From Eledone cirrhosa (taxonomy: Eukaryota), in NCBI GenBank assembly GCA_964016885.1, contig OZ024743.1, forward strand, positions 298,468,001 through 298,532,000: a stretch of 64,000 nt of DNA, in the 5' to 3' direction. Positions 28,575 to 41,999 of this stretch are shown piece after piece. The stretch's first letter is position 1, and the number at the start of each line of letters is the position of its first letter. The notes under the pieces are model-generated. The model did not search any database. It was given only the letters and a program-made list of their open reading frames with translations, and was not told the DNA's origin. The position numbers were made by a program, and so were the translations under genes.

Positions 28575-30523
28575 AACTAGATTGACCTGGTATTAAACGG
28601 CAACAACCAAAGTAAAAAAGATCAACTGCTAAAAACTATACAAAAAATAAAGGAATTTAAAATGAAAATTATGCATATACATCTAGATAATAATTCCGAC
28701 CGTTTCTTTCCATCAGACACTAGAAAAACAACGAGAAAAAAATCCAAACGCAAAAGACTTGACAAAATCACAAACACACCTTCAACATATGGAGGTCCTG
28801 AAGGTAACTGCACTCCTTAACATATACATTGTTGTTATTGGAGCGCCGACGGTTGCTCCAGTTGATTCAATAATGGAACTGTCTGCTCGTAAAATTAACG
28901 TGTAAGTGGTTGAGTATTCCACAGACACGTACATTCTTAACACAGTTCTCATGAAGATTCTGCGTGACACAATATGTGATAAAACTGACCCTATGAATTA
29001 CAGGTACAACTCATTTTTGCCGGCTGAGTGAACTGGAGCAACGTGAAATAAAACATCATGCTCCAGGACACAACACATCGCTCGTTCCGGAAATCGAACT
29101 CAAAACCTTACCATTATGAGACAAATACCCTAACCAGTAACCCACACGCCTTCACATTCAACATATACAACTACTCGTTTCCAACACAAACTAACCCGCA
29201 GAATATGAAAGTTGGACAACATTAGTTCAACAGAAACCAAACCGATATAGACTTATACAGACGAACCTCACGCCAGGGTAATGCTTATAAGAAAGCATAA
29301 TTTTGCTTGTCAACGTTCCAACTACCACCAGAATCTATATACATAGAGACACAGGCTAGGCAATGGGAAAAGTAGAACATGCCTGGACTGCAACGCTCCA
29401 CTAGATACAATCAACCACTATATTAAAATGCACAGTATTATCTTCAATTATGGTGGTATGAAATATCCGGAAAATGGATCTGAGAATCACACTAAATTAT
29501 TTGGCTGGCTAAAGTGTCTGTGGAATGCTCAGCTACCTGCTTGTTAATTTACCGAGAACACTATTTCGTCACTCAAACAATCAGAACACTCGTCGTCGTA
29601 AGCGGCAGAGCTCGAACATCACCAACAAGTCAACAAGGAAATATCGACACTTGACCTATCAGTGCTTCTGGTTTCTATTTTCTTTCACCCACGTATTATA
29701 TGTGTTGAGAACTTTATTTGAATGTAAATTAAATGTATATAAAACAAAGCCTGGTAGACGCCATCACGTTTTAAAAATCTACAGGTGTGTGGAGCTGAAA
29801 TCAGCACTTCAAGGTAATGAAATATTTGTGAATTTTATAGTGCTCCGCATGCTGAAATATGTGAGGTACACTATTTCGTATTTTCTATTTAATGTAAATT
29901 TAGCAAGACCATTGAGACTGGCGTATCTTTAATACGGACGCAAGGTAGTATGAAACCAATGAATATGGCATATAAAAAAAAGAACTTGCAAACTTAGAAA
30001 CTCAAGAAATGAATAAAATAAATAAATAAAAACAGAAAATAGAAAAACTGACTTTATTAAACCATCGTATGACAAAAAGCTCTAAAGAGAGAGCTGACAT
30101 GTCATTTTCAACGTTGTAGACTGAATGGTACCAGGTGAAAATTACAATATAGTTTTGACAAAACTAGTTTAATTCTTGCTAATGCACTTCTAAGCTATAA
30201 TGCGTTTATTTCATGTGAGGCCAGCAATGTTTGTGTAATTCAATTATAGCTTTAGGTTCTTTAATTAATATCAAGACTGGCATTAGAACTTTACTGATCT
30301 GAGGAACAGAAGATATTTCTCGGTTTGTATGACATTAGAAGAAAGAAATGGTCGTAATTCATATGTTCGTCTGAAGTCAGCTGTCTTCAATTTCCAAAGG
30401 GGAAACAGGTGGTTTCATATTCCAACACATCAAGCTACACAGCTTACACACACACATACAGAATATAAAATAAATTGCTGAAACACCGTGTGTGCGGGTA
30501 TATTGTGAATAAATTCACACGTT

Positions 30524-30703
30524 GTATTGGCAGTATCGGTAGATGGTTGGACGCAATGCTTTCCAACATAGTTACGTCCCTTTACGATCAGAGTTCAAAT
30601 CCCGCCGAGGTTGACTTTGTCTTTCATCCTCTCGGGGTCGATAGAATAAAGTACCAGGAATGCTCTGGGTAATTGCTGGCCTTGTGCCTAACGTAGAAAC
30701 AAA
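30524..30703 (+). mobile_element. tRNA-derived SINE, Meta-type core
   Basis: Same family as 8711-8897. Confidence 0.8.
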
Positions 30704-30718
30704 TACTCGTATATATGA

Positions 30719-30785
<67 letters not shown>

Positions 30786-30789
30786 TATA

Positions 30790-30865
<76 letters not shown>

Positions 30866-30932
30866 TATATATATATATATATGAGTATATATATATATAT
30901 ATATATATATATGAGTGTATATATATATATGA

Positions 30933-30981
<49 letters not shown>

Positions 30982-31134
30982 TAAGATATATGGTAGGTCG
31001 TATGTGAATCGCGATGATCACGTCTGACCTACCAAATATGTGACGGTAGCTAGTTAAGCTCTATGCGTATACGCAGAGCAGAAATATTAGTGAAAAAGAA
31101 CAAAGGAACTATTATGACATTATAACAAGTTTAT

Positions 31135-31181
31135 TGCCGACAGCCGTTTCGTCCGACCACATGGTGGGACTTATCAAGGCA
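31135..31181 (-). ncRNA. Type I hammerhead ribozyme, U3-A8 core
   Basis: Reverse complement reads tgcc-TTGATAA-gtcc-cacca-tg-tggtc-ggac-GAAAC-ggct-GTC-ggca. Confidence 0.75.
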
Positions 31182-33780
31182 TATAACATGTGATTGTAAG
31201 ATCATTATTTACATCAAAGTATCACTCAAGGCTAGCAGTTTGAAATTGTGGTATACATCAGCAACTCCGCTTGTATAGTTGGGGGTCTATATTCTAAGGG
31301 GGCTCTTTTATATTAGTTGTCGGGGTCAGGGATTGAAGTTTAAAAATTAGATAATATATAATTTACGCATTAACAGTAAACTAAAAGACTTGGGGTCCCG
31401 TAGAAGCACCTTAGAAAATCCCTCAATAAGTGCATAAAGCTTACAGGCTCCAATAAACCTACTAGACTAGAAGAAATTAAGAGGCTAATAAAATAAAAAA
31501 TAAAAATATAAAGTTTCCCTAAAAAATATATAAAGTTTCCTATGAAATTCCTTCTAGAGAAAAAAAAAATTTTTTCCGAAAGAAAAAAACCTTCTTCCCC
31601 CAAGATCACGTTTACAAAATTCAGAAAACTTACGAAGTTTTGATATTTCCTACTAAGTTGAAAGAAACTAATCAATTAAAGGTTAATTCAGAGAGCCTTC
31701 TATAATTCTCTCAGAAAAGGCCCCTTTAATATTTTTAATAGGAACTTCTTCCGAGAGACCCTTCGAAGAATTAAAATTTTAGAGAGCCTTTAAGGATATA
31801 TATAAAAACGAATTGAGGAAAATTATACATTAAAAGTTAAAAATTACGGTATTTGGGATATCCGAGGAATTTTCAAAGGGCTGCTTCAACAGATACAACT
31901 TAGGCATAATAGATACAATAATTTAAGTAATTTAAGTAATTTAATTAGGGAGCAATTCAAGGAGTTTATCAAGTTGGGCAAGATTAAAGAAAGTGGTAAA
32001 TAAGAAAATACATAAGCAAAAAGACAATAATTATAAAATCTATTTTTAAGAAGGTATAAGGTAGCTTCAGTAATCTAACAATGTATTATCACAAAAAATT
32101 ATTATAAAATTATTGATACAGGATTAACAAAGACATAATAATATATATTCCTGCCTAGTTAAGATATAAGGTAGCTTCAGTAATCTAACAATGTATTATC
32201 ACAAAAAATTATTATAAAATTATTGATACAGGACTAAAAATTATTACAAAATTATTACAAAATTACCACAAAATTATTACAAAATTATCAAATTATCATA
32301 AAATTATCATAAAATTACTACAAAATTATCATAAAATTACTACAAAATTATCACAAAATTATTGATACAGGATTAACAAAGGCATAATAATATATATTCC
32401 TGCCTAATTAACAAGTAATCAAAACACTATTAACAGTCAGGCAAAATTAGCTCAGGGATATCCCGCGCTCGGATACTTTACACACACACAGCAACACATA
32501 GGATTAGCACAGACACAATGGTATATTCCTGCCTAATTAACAAACAATCGATTAACAATTGATGGTCAAGAAAATGTACTCAGGGATATCCCGCGCACGG
32601 ATATTTACATACATACAACAGGATGAACAGTACTGGTGACCGTGTGGGCGCGATATCCATTATGCGTATGTAGTCATCTGCATAGCTCCAGGCACGATAT
32701 CCAATATGCGTAAGTAGTCATCTGCATAGCTCCAGGCACAGCTGGTCTTGTTTAAAAGTTCATGGATCACCTGGGATTCACTATTATCTGCGTGGACTCT
32801 CTGGGAGATGTACCTGTGGATCTAATAGCCAGTGGTTGCCGGATGTGGTCCGTTCGATCTTTTAGTTTCAGGGTTTGTACGCTTTCGCGATAGACCAGCC
32901 TGCCGGTTCAAAGTCCAAGGTCTCGCTACGTAGGATGTATTGGTCTACATGCTATATTGTTAAAAAAAACCAGTGTGGATCTGACTTGGGTGGTATATTA
33001 CGAACTCCAAGCCCACACGCGACTGGTCAAAAGCGAAGGGCTCTCCCCTCTTTGTTTGCTGTATGGGTCGGTCCCAGCTTAGATGGTGGTCGTGTTATCC
33101 ATATTCCGTCAGCCCTGTATATTCAAGACAGATCAGGGTATATATTTGCGGGTATGGTCCGGCGTCTACGTTATCCAGAGGGTCTCGCTTGTGGTATTTT
33201 CAAGTTCGCATGTCATCTCCCGGTTAAGACTGCGCATGCTTCGGTGAATCTCAAGCATGGAATCTTAGGGTATCGTATTACACGGGGTAACTAGCAGAAA
33301 ATATACATTCTATGCTATCGCGCACGCGCTGGCCTGTGGCTACGACCGTATCCAGTCTCGGGTAGTAGCAGACAGCAGGTAGACCAGCTATACACACCCC
33401 TGTTCAAGGGGCACAACCCCTAACTTATCGAGTGGTCAGACTTCAAGGGAGTCAACTCTCCAAGCCCACTATGTCGACTGTGGTGAAATACAAAAAATTC
33501 CTATTAGTAAAGAACTAATCACTGATAATAAAGAACCAACTGGATTTTCTAAGGTGCTTCTACGGGACCCCAAGTCTTTTAGTTTACTGTTAATGCGTAA
33601 ATTATATATTATCTAATTTTTAAACTTCAATCCCTGACCCCGACAACTAATATAAAAGAGCCCCCTTAGAATATAGACCCCAACTATACAAGCGGAGTTG
33701 CTGATGTATACCACAATTTCAAACTGCTAGCCTTGAGTGATACTTTGATGTAAATAATGATCTTACAATCACATGTTATA

Positions 33781-33827
33781 TGCCTTGATAAGTCCCTCCA
33801 TGTGGTCGGACGAAACGGCTGTCGGCA
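33781..33827 (+). ncRNA. Type I hammerhead ribozyme, U3-A8 core
   Basis: tgcc-TTGATAA-gtcc..ggac-GAAAC-ggct-GTC-ggca. Confidence 0.75.
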
Positions 33828-33926
33828 ATAAACTTGTTATAATGTCATAATAGTTCCTTTGTTCTTTTTCACTAATATATATATATATATATGAGTGTAT
33901 ATATATATATATATATATATATATGA

Positions 33927-33982
<56 letters not shown>

Positions 33983-33986
<4 letters not shown>

Positions 33987-34317
33987 TGGCTGTCAACTCG
34001 TTTTCGAGTACGGCCACTACTTTATATCCATGTAGGAGAACCCCTACCGATGCGCTGAACGAGTGTGACTTTTTAGTCCAGCCAGCGACTTGAAAACTCT
34101 GGTACAAACACTACACTTGTGACAATTATTGACACATAGTGCTGGGCCCATGGTACCATGTGACGACAAGTCCAGAGAGATCTCCAGATATAAAGCAATG
34201 CCTGTGCCGTGAAGCTTTTATAGTGAGCAAAGGCACTGCACAAAGCCAGTCCCACTCTCTTAACCAAGATGATATTTACCAAAAAGAAGAACAAGTCAAC
34301 ATCATTGGATACCATCA
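33983..34317 (-). mobile_element. Bipartite RTE-derived element, subfamily A (3' half)
   Basis: Reverse complement of ~3058-3390. Confidence 0.8.
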
Positions 34318-34382
34318 TATATATATATATATATATATATACAAACATAGGTAATAAAGACCATATATATATATATATATAT

Positions 34383-35104
34383 ATGGCCTTTATAAACTAT
34401 GTTTGTTGCTCTAGTCTTTTAGACCATGGAGCGCTTGCCAGCATGACTCTGAATTGCGTTACGTTTCGCTTTTTATACCCGCCGAAATGCGATTCTCGCT
34501 GAATTTATATTTGTATTACTCTCCCGAGTCTTACAATTAACCTGTTAATAATTCTATTGACAGATTAATTGTATAAGTTTATTTTAAAAACTACCTGGTC
34601 GAGAGCTTATTCGATTTGTGCTATTTATGCAATTTTTTGCATGATTTACACATACTGAATTCATTTGCCAAAATCTGGGGTTTTTCCCCTGTGAGGAGCA
34701 CTCTGTTATCCACAATACTGGCACAGAACAAAATACCTGTTGATAACGCGATAATCCTTGTTCGATCATTATACCAAACGCTATTTGTTTTAAGCAGAAA
34801 GTAATATTGATTTATGTGTCACAGAAACCCTGTACTGGATTTTACCATCAATTCCAAGGGTCCAGGTTTGTTATTTATATATGTGATTATGTCATTTATT
34901 TTGTCTGACCTGTTTAGCTTGACTTGTTTTTTGGATTAGGTGGTCTATAGCTTCCTGACCGCCTTCTCAGTTTGTATGGCCTTTATAACCTATGTTTATT
35001 GCTCTAGTCTTTTAGACTATGGAGCGCTTGCCAGCATGACTTTGAATTTGCTTTACGTTTCGCTTTTTCTACCCGCCGAAATGGGATTCTTGCTGAATTT
35101 ATAT
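34383..35104. mobile_element. TA-embedded ~720-bp element with ~127-bp terminal direct repeats
   Basis: 34383-34510 matches 34976-35104. Confidence 0.65.
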
Positions 35105-36141
35105 ATATATATATTTGCCAAGGATTCAGACATACAATGACCCAGAGCTTACCGGGAGTCATATATAATAATAGGACCCTGCCAGGTTCTGCGGGTGGAA
35201 TACACTTACAAAGAACATTGATTTGGAGGTCTGACTCTTCTTATAGAATGTTCAGATATGACACTCCTTAATAGAAGGTAATCATCCTGATATATACACC
35301 TTTAGTACTTCTTTATAGACTACACTGTAACCTATAGATAAGTTACATAATCTAGAAATTAGTTATAACAGCATATGATAGGCACTTATTTGAAACACCA
35401 TTAATGTAATTTAGGATAATAAATTTAACTAAGAAAATCAGCTAGTTACCTCCCCTTACGCATTAACTCCCCTTGGTCACACACACACTTCCGGAATATA
35501 ATATCATCACACAAAACTAAACAAGATGATCTATTAATTAACAATCGACAAGATATGGTTTATAACTTGGTTCTATGCTGAACCATCGTGGATTGTATGA
35601 TAGACCCGTGGTCTATATATTGCGTTTCATGGATTATGTGAGTGGTGGTGTGCGCGAAGACAGTGGTACTGTTTTGCCTACGCTATAATATGTTTTATAA
35701 TATGTTTGATATTTTTGATATTTTGGTGTTTCTCTACATTCGGGACTGTATATCATACAGGTGTATGCGAAAAAATGATTTAACAATTCAGCCCACATAA
35801 TACTATCGATTGCCTGCTTTAACTGCCTGATCCTACAAGTAACAATCTGCCGCACTCTAATCTTGTATAAATAAGACACGCGTGCATGCTACACGTGAGA
35901 TTGTTTCATACACTGACTACTCTAAACTTTCCTCTTGCTTTATCTTCATAAACTACCAATGTTTCATTTTTATTTTTATTTTTATTTTTATTTTTATTTT
36001 TATCCTTTAACCTTTATATGTAAATTGCCATGCTATATCATTATGATGGATGTCATCCCACTGTGGGTCAATATATGCATATGTTTTTATATGTCTCTTG
36101 TGTTGAAAAGGAGGTCAAGTATGTTATAGATCACTAAATAG

Positions 36142-36190
36142 TTGCTCCGAAGAATCCAAACCTCGGTTTGGAGGAAACAATTGTAAGAAA
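36142..36190 (+). ncRNA. Degenerate hammerhead (U4C)
   Basis: ttgct-CCGAAGA-a-tccaaacc-tc-ggtttgga-g-GAAAC-aatt-GTA-agaaa, ~35 nt upstream of (TA)n. Confidence 0.55.
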
Positions 36191-36221
36191 ATAAATGATT
36201 TAAACTGAACTTTGATTATTG

Positions 36222-36300
<79 letters not shown>

Positions 36301-36303
<3 letters not shown>

Positions 36304-37182
36304 TAGAATCGGAATTAAGAGCATTCCGCAGTTCACAATAATAATAATAATATTAGCTCAAAGAAGAATAGAGAATTTTCTTCTGAGCTCGGATACAAAT
36401 ATATTACACAAATAGAAGTGTGTTACACAGTGAAATGTGTGTAAAGAATTATTACAAGTGATTTTACCGTTACTGTATAGAAAACAATATCTACAGGTTT
36501 AACAATTAAATAGAAAAAAACCTAAGTCAGAATCAAATCTCTGAAGTAGATTTTAAATTACTAACCTTATAACTATAAGTTTGCTGACACGAATTAAGTT
36601 CGTTTCGCCGCAGAAATGTGCAGTTTAACAGCCACAGGTTCATCAGGCAGTCAGCAAATGTGGATTCTGTTTACTACACATCTATCCTCATGGATAGAGA
36701 GAAAGCTAATATACACGCTTCCCATGGTAGGGCGAAATCACGTGTTATTTGCATCAAATAACGGTTCTCATGCATTGGGGTAAATGCTAGAGAGAGCAGC
36801 CCAACCATTCGAATTTGTTAGCTCAACAATTTGGCGCTCGTTAAGTATACTAGGATCGGAAATTAACAGCATTCCGCAGTTCACAGTAATAATAATAATA
36901 TTAGCTCAAAGAAGAATAGAGAATTTTCTTCATCTACATTTGCTGACTGATGAACCTGTGGCTATTAAACTGCACATTTCTGCGGCGAAACGAACTTAAT
37001 TCGTGTCAGCAAACTTATAGTTATAAGGTTAGTAATTTAAAATCTACTTCAGAGATTTGATTCTGACTTAGGTTTTTTTCTATTTAATTGCTAAACCTGT
37101 AGATATTGTTTTCTATACAGTAACGGTAAAATCACTTGTAATAATTCTTTACACACATATCACTGTGTAACACACTTCTATT

Positions 37183-37186
<4 letters not shown>
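36301..37186. mobile_element. TA-embedded element with direct (36301-36383 / 36848-36930) and inverted (36407-36665 / 36932-37186) duplications
   Basis: Direct sequence comparison. Confidence 0.8.
36939..37013 (+). ncRNA. Hammerhead-like fold with ambiguous cleavage triplet; inverted copy at 36580-36658
   Basis: tttgctga-CTGATGA-acc..ggc-GAAACGAA-cttaa-TTCGTG-tcagcaaa. Confidence 0.6.
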
Positions 37187-37270
<84 letters not shown>

Positions 37271-37346
37271 AAAACAGAAATAACACAATCGGTACAGTAT
37301 ATGGAAGGAATATATTAGGTAAACGCTTGAAATAGCAGGAAGAGAG

Positions 37347-37382
37347 TCTTAACGTTTCGGACGCTACTCCTTCACCAGAAGA
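37347..37382 (-). ncRNA. Degenerate minimal hammerhead (A6G)
   Basis: Reverse complement reads tctt-CTGGTGA-agga-gtagcg-tcc-GAAACGTT-aaga, ~80 nt from a (TA)n tract. Confidence 0.45.
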
Positions 37383-38390
37383 AAGAATGAGTAATTAGAA
37401 ATATTAAAGGGATAGGCGGGGTGGAATTGAAAAAAACGTTTTTTTTTCTGTAAACGTCAATTCTATGTAAAAGTCGACCCCAGTTCATGGACAAAGACTA
37501 ACATTTATCAATCATGTTATTATCCTGTTACGAAGTGTAAATTAATTTTACTACGCTGTTATGTCCTGATCTACACAAGTGGAAATATTTATAAGAGCTG
37601 CGCAGACTTTTGTGCTTTGATGCGTAGAAATATTTGAATTATTACTGTAATTCATTGTTTAGCTTTTATTCATTTAGAGTCTATTTGTGGTTCTGCTTAC
37701 GTATATAGTATTTTGGATTGGCGAGATGTTCAGCTCTTTGTAAGTAGTATCTGTTTACTTTAACTTGGAACTATAGTCTAAAAAAGTCTACTTTTTACAT
37801 GAGTATCTACGGAGATTGTCCGTCTGTATGTGTATCTATATCCATACATGTGTGTTGTAGCTACGTTGGTTACTATAACAAGTGTTTCAGTTGTTAGAAC
37901 AACGGAACAACCCCATCATGAAATTAGCGCTTACTCTTTCCATAGTTCACAAAGAGATTCCACATGATACAATGTGCGATTGGCCTGGTCCTTTGAATGA
38001 CAGGCAGAATTAATTTTTTCCATATTAAGAGGACTGGAGCAACTTGAAATAAAATGTTTTGCTCAACGCGCCACTGAGAATTGAACGCACGACCTTGTGA
38101 TTGCGAACCGAAAACCCTAACAACTAAGTCACTTGCCTTCACACACACACATACATACACATATATTCAAAATATGGAGTGCACAGAACAAAGACAATGG
38201 AAAAAACAACGGAAAGACGGACAGTCCCATCTTCTGAGTCAACCTCTGGAAGGTTGAAAACACCGCCAATTGATCAATCTCAGACAAACATGAAAATACG
38301 TATGTGCATGTATATATATTGCAAATGACGATGCGCCTGAAATGATTGTAATGTATACTTGCATTAATGTAATAAATCATATATACATAC

Positions 38391-38530
38391 ATTCCTGGGG
38401 ATTTCATACGAATGGAACAGTTTTAGTCCTGTAGAAATCAATTCTATATATAATAAAGATGCCTATGCTGTACCAACGTATTTTTTTAAACAGTGGTTAC
38501 CCCCCGACACTACTCTAGAACCTATAAATA
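38391..38530 (+). mobile_element. Decayed copy of the 13851/16823 hammerhead element family
   Basis: attcctggggatttcatacgaatggaacagttttagtcctgtagaa...cagtggttacc. Confidence 0.55.
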
Positions 38531-38789
38531 CAGGGTGTCCCTCACAAAATGTAAAACACACTTTGATTAGAATGCTGTTGAAGTGTGCATACATTTTTTT
38601 TTGGATACCCTGTTTCTACTAATTATGGATGGTCGTGAGAATGAGTACTTAATACAATTGTAGAGATTAATTTATTCCTTATTAAAGCCAAGCTTAGGAC
38701 TTGTTACTCTAGCGTTTTTCTGTGTAACCTGATGTCCCTGTAAGTACAGAGGAGAAACTGCAGAGTAACAACACTCAAGTTCTGCCTTA

Positions 38790-39268
38790 ATAATTGTTTC
38801 TACTTTAGGCACAAGGCCAGCAAATACCCAGTGCATTACTGGTACTTTATTTTATCGACCCCGTAAGGATGAAAGGCAAAGTTAACCTCGGCGGGATTTG
38901 AACTCAGAATGGCAAGGGCCGTAACTCTATGCGTCAAAGCATGGCGTCCGACACTCTACCGATACTGGCCTTAATAATGATAATAATGTTTTCTGGTTTA
39001 GGCACAAGCTCAAACATTTTTGGGAAAGTCGATTATCGATACTGTCAATCAACCACCCTTGGTTTCTGATTTAGGGCCAACAATTATTTTTGGGATGGGT
39101 GGGGTTAAAGTCAATTAAGTGCATGATTTACTTTATTTTATCGACCTCGTAAGGAGGGAAGGAAAAACTAATCTCGGCGGGATTTAAACTCAGAATGTAA
39201 AGCGCCTTAACTCTATTACGCAAATCATGTTGTCCGATGCTCTACAGATATTGTCAACCCACCGCCCT
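38790..39268 (-). mobile_element. Tandem Meta-type SINE copies (young 38790-38967, older ~38985-39268)
   Basis: Same motifs as 8711-8897. Confidence 0.75.
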
Positions 39269-41999
39269 TAATATATTGCATGATAATAAGAGGAGGTAAA
39301 TGGGGAAATTATTACGTTTTATATTTAAAAATGTATTTTTCACGATTTTCTCATAGAGAGCCTGTAGTATTGTCTAGTACTTCAGTACTGCAAATTATAA
39401 CACGGCCTCAAATTTGTTTCGTTTTTCTTTATTAATTTCCAACGGATATTTTCATCGCATCCTTTGCTTTGTTGCAACAGAGTTTTGTGATGCGTTAGGT
39501 CATGATTGTGGGAGTGGCTTTTCCGTCGTTTTTTTATTATTTATTTTTCGCATGGATCGCTAAGTGTTGCTTGGCATTTGGTGTTATCATGTTACCTTGT
39601 GTGTATGTGAAGGCAGGTGACTTAGTGATTAGGGAGTTTAGCTCACTTTGTGGCATTGTAACGTTGTGGAAATGTAAAAAAAAAATTAATATTACACACA
39701 AGATAGTGAACGGAGTAAAGCATGCCAAGATGTCACGCGATCTCAGTTATTCACATTGCCTTTATTAAAGATATAAACATCCCAATACTCCACTGGTCGT
39801 GTGCTTTTTAATAGTCATATTCGTGTAATAAATAAATAAGCTAGCAGCCTATACGATAAATCTATAATGCTATAATAAATCTTGACTACATTGCGTTATG
39901 ATACTCTCAATAATATTTCTGACATCTAGTTATGTACAGAGCATTAGGTTAAGTATGACTTTGTGGAAGCGTATCATAAATCTTGTATAGATTTAACGGC
40001 AGAAGATATAAAATATAACTCGTTACTAAGAATAATATACGTTAATTGAAATATAGAAGACATTTCTATTTAGTATAGATGGTCAAAAGTAACATAGTTA
40101 TTGAGATATTTAAACTGACGTTTCTTCTGCTAACTCGTAGTCGAAAAGTTTGTTCTAGCTGATGTCCAGTCTAATTAATTCATGTTGTAGTTTTCATTAA
40201 TAGTCTGTTTCTTTGTGTTAACCACCATAAATTATTCCTTTGCTCCCAATAACCTTCTATATGATACACTCACAAAATCTCAGCATACGTCTAAAATGTA
40301 CTTCCAGTCCGACATAAAAATTAATGAGTGGGATGTTAACAGGAATGTGCGCAGACGTTTTCCAGAGCAAGAATAGCCACATGCCTCGTGTTTAAAGATG
40401 TATTCTACAGATCTAAGCCTTTCAAAAAAAAAAACAAAAAAACACAATATAGTAACATAAATTCAAATACCTGGATTTCTGTAAATACTTTATTCGAGTT
40501 GCGAGATAGAGGAAATTGAATTCTTTCTTGGAATCTGATCCAGAATTCTTTGTAAAAGACTGGATCTTATTTCAGCAAGTATTTTTCCTTATTCGCGGTT
40601 AAATGGCTCTTCGTTCTGTATATATCCAAATGAGTCTTCGTCAACACTCTATAAACCTATCCTTTTCAGAAGAGTCTCTTGATTGTCTACTTTCAGCACA
40701 TTCAACATTTTCCCTTTCATCAGTCATCATTCAGCTTCACGCCACTGTTTTGAATAACTATAACAGATTCAATGAGTGGACGAAATGCTATGTTTCTGCA
40801 CCTTGATGTTATGTAGTGGTGGAGAACTTCGACTTTTATAAGCTTGCGGCATATACAGCCCCACTTTTCTTTTGTAATATCAATATTTTGTTAAACAACC
40901 AAACATTTGGTTTCGTCTCAAGATATGGTCCTATATTACAGGACATACCACTGACTGATTTAGCGTTGAAGAAATAGCTTCTGTTCCGGATTGGTTTCTC
41001 TTCACCAAACTTATCTCAGTGCTGAGTGTCAAGAAGGAAGCCACATTCTTTAGCCCTTGAGCGTGTGAGGCTAACTCATCAACGGCTCAAATACACGTCC
41101 TTCAATAGCGACAATATTATCTAGCGGGCTATTTCACCTTTCTAGTATCTGTGCCTGTTGTGTTTTTCTTGTTGAGGCAGTGTGTATTCTGCTGCTGTCT
41201 TTAGAATCATAAAAAAACTTTGAACTAATTAAAATTGATGCAGTTAGGTTCCCATCACAGCTCTTATATTTTTAGCGATGGCTTGGAGAGCGAAAGTTTA
41301 ATAGCGCTGATTGTTTTCAGTTGTGTTCTTATACGTGAAACTTCAATGTTATCACGGAAGAATCTACGAAGTCAACGACCAGTTCTCACAGGAGGAAGCT
41401 ACGAAGTCAACGACACCCTTATTTATTTGGCCATTTCACTTGTAATAAGTGTGTGCATGCAATTTAGATAAATAGGTTCAGACATGAGCCAATAGATTAG
41501 AAGTTCGCATCTCAGTTGTTATACCCGACACGATTCCACTGTGTGGTACCTTAGACCAGCGTCTTCTACCATAACCTCTAGGCCAGTCAAGTCTTGTGAG
41601 CAAATTTCTTTTGAATAAAAAAATGCTAGAGCCCGTCAGATGGTCTATCTTTGTAATTCAAAGAGCCAGCCATGCTCCACACGCTGTAATGCTGAGTCTC
41701 CCTGGGGATTACGTTAAAGGTACAACAATCTATAGACTAGTAAACCTCTTACATTAAAATACATTCAGTGAATATTTTCGTTGATCGAACAACTGAATGA
41801 CTCAACGTCGAAACCGAAGCAAGATTCCATCTATTCTCATCTTTCATTAATCCTGTTTTTCTTTCTCTTTTTCAGTCATTCTTTCTTTCATTCTTTGTCA
41901 TATTCTTTTTCTATCTTTCATTCATTTACTTATTTATTCATTCATATTTTTTATTCATACAACATTCATTCTTCAACCACTTTTTCATTAACCCATTCT

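Larger units (their letters stand above)
30980..33876. mobile_element. 2.9-kb TA-embedded element with ~335-bp inverted arms, each carrying a hammerhead
   Basis: 31085-31421 is the near-identical reverse complement of 33542-33876. Confidence 0.8.

Noticed and set aside
29785-29813. Possible micro-exon (ctacag|..aag|gtaatg)
   Set aside because: Splice-like motifs alone arise by chance; no supporting ORF context
32055-32739. Spaced direct repeats resembling a CRISPR array
   Set aside because: Irregular lengths and spacing, few copies, no cas genes, animal genome
32875-33294. 139-aa ORF inside the inverted-arm element
   Set aside because: Non-ATG start and no recognisable motif
38529-38612. 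Possible Tc1/mariner-like mini-TIR pair (tacagggtgtcc / ggataccctgt)
   Set aside because: Only ~10 bp of imperfect match and no right-hand TA duplication
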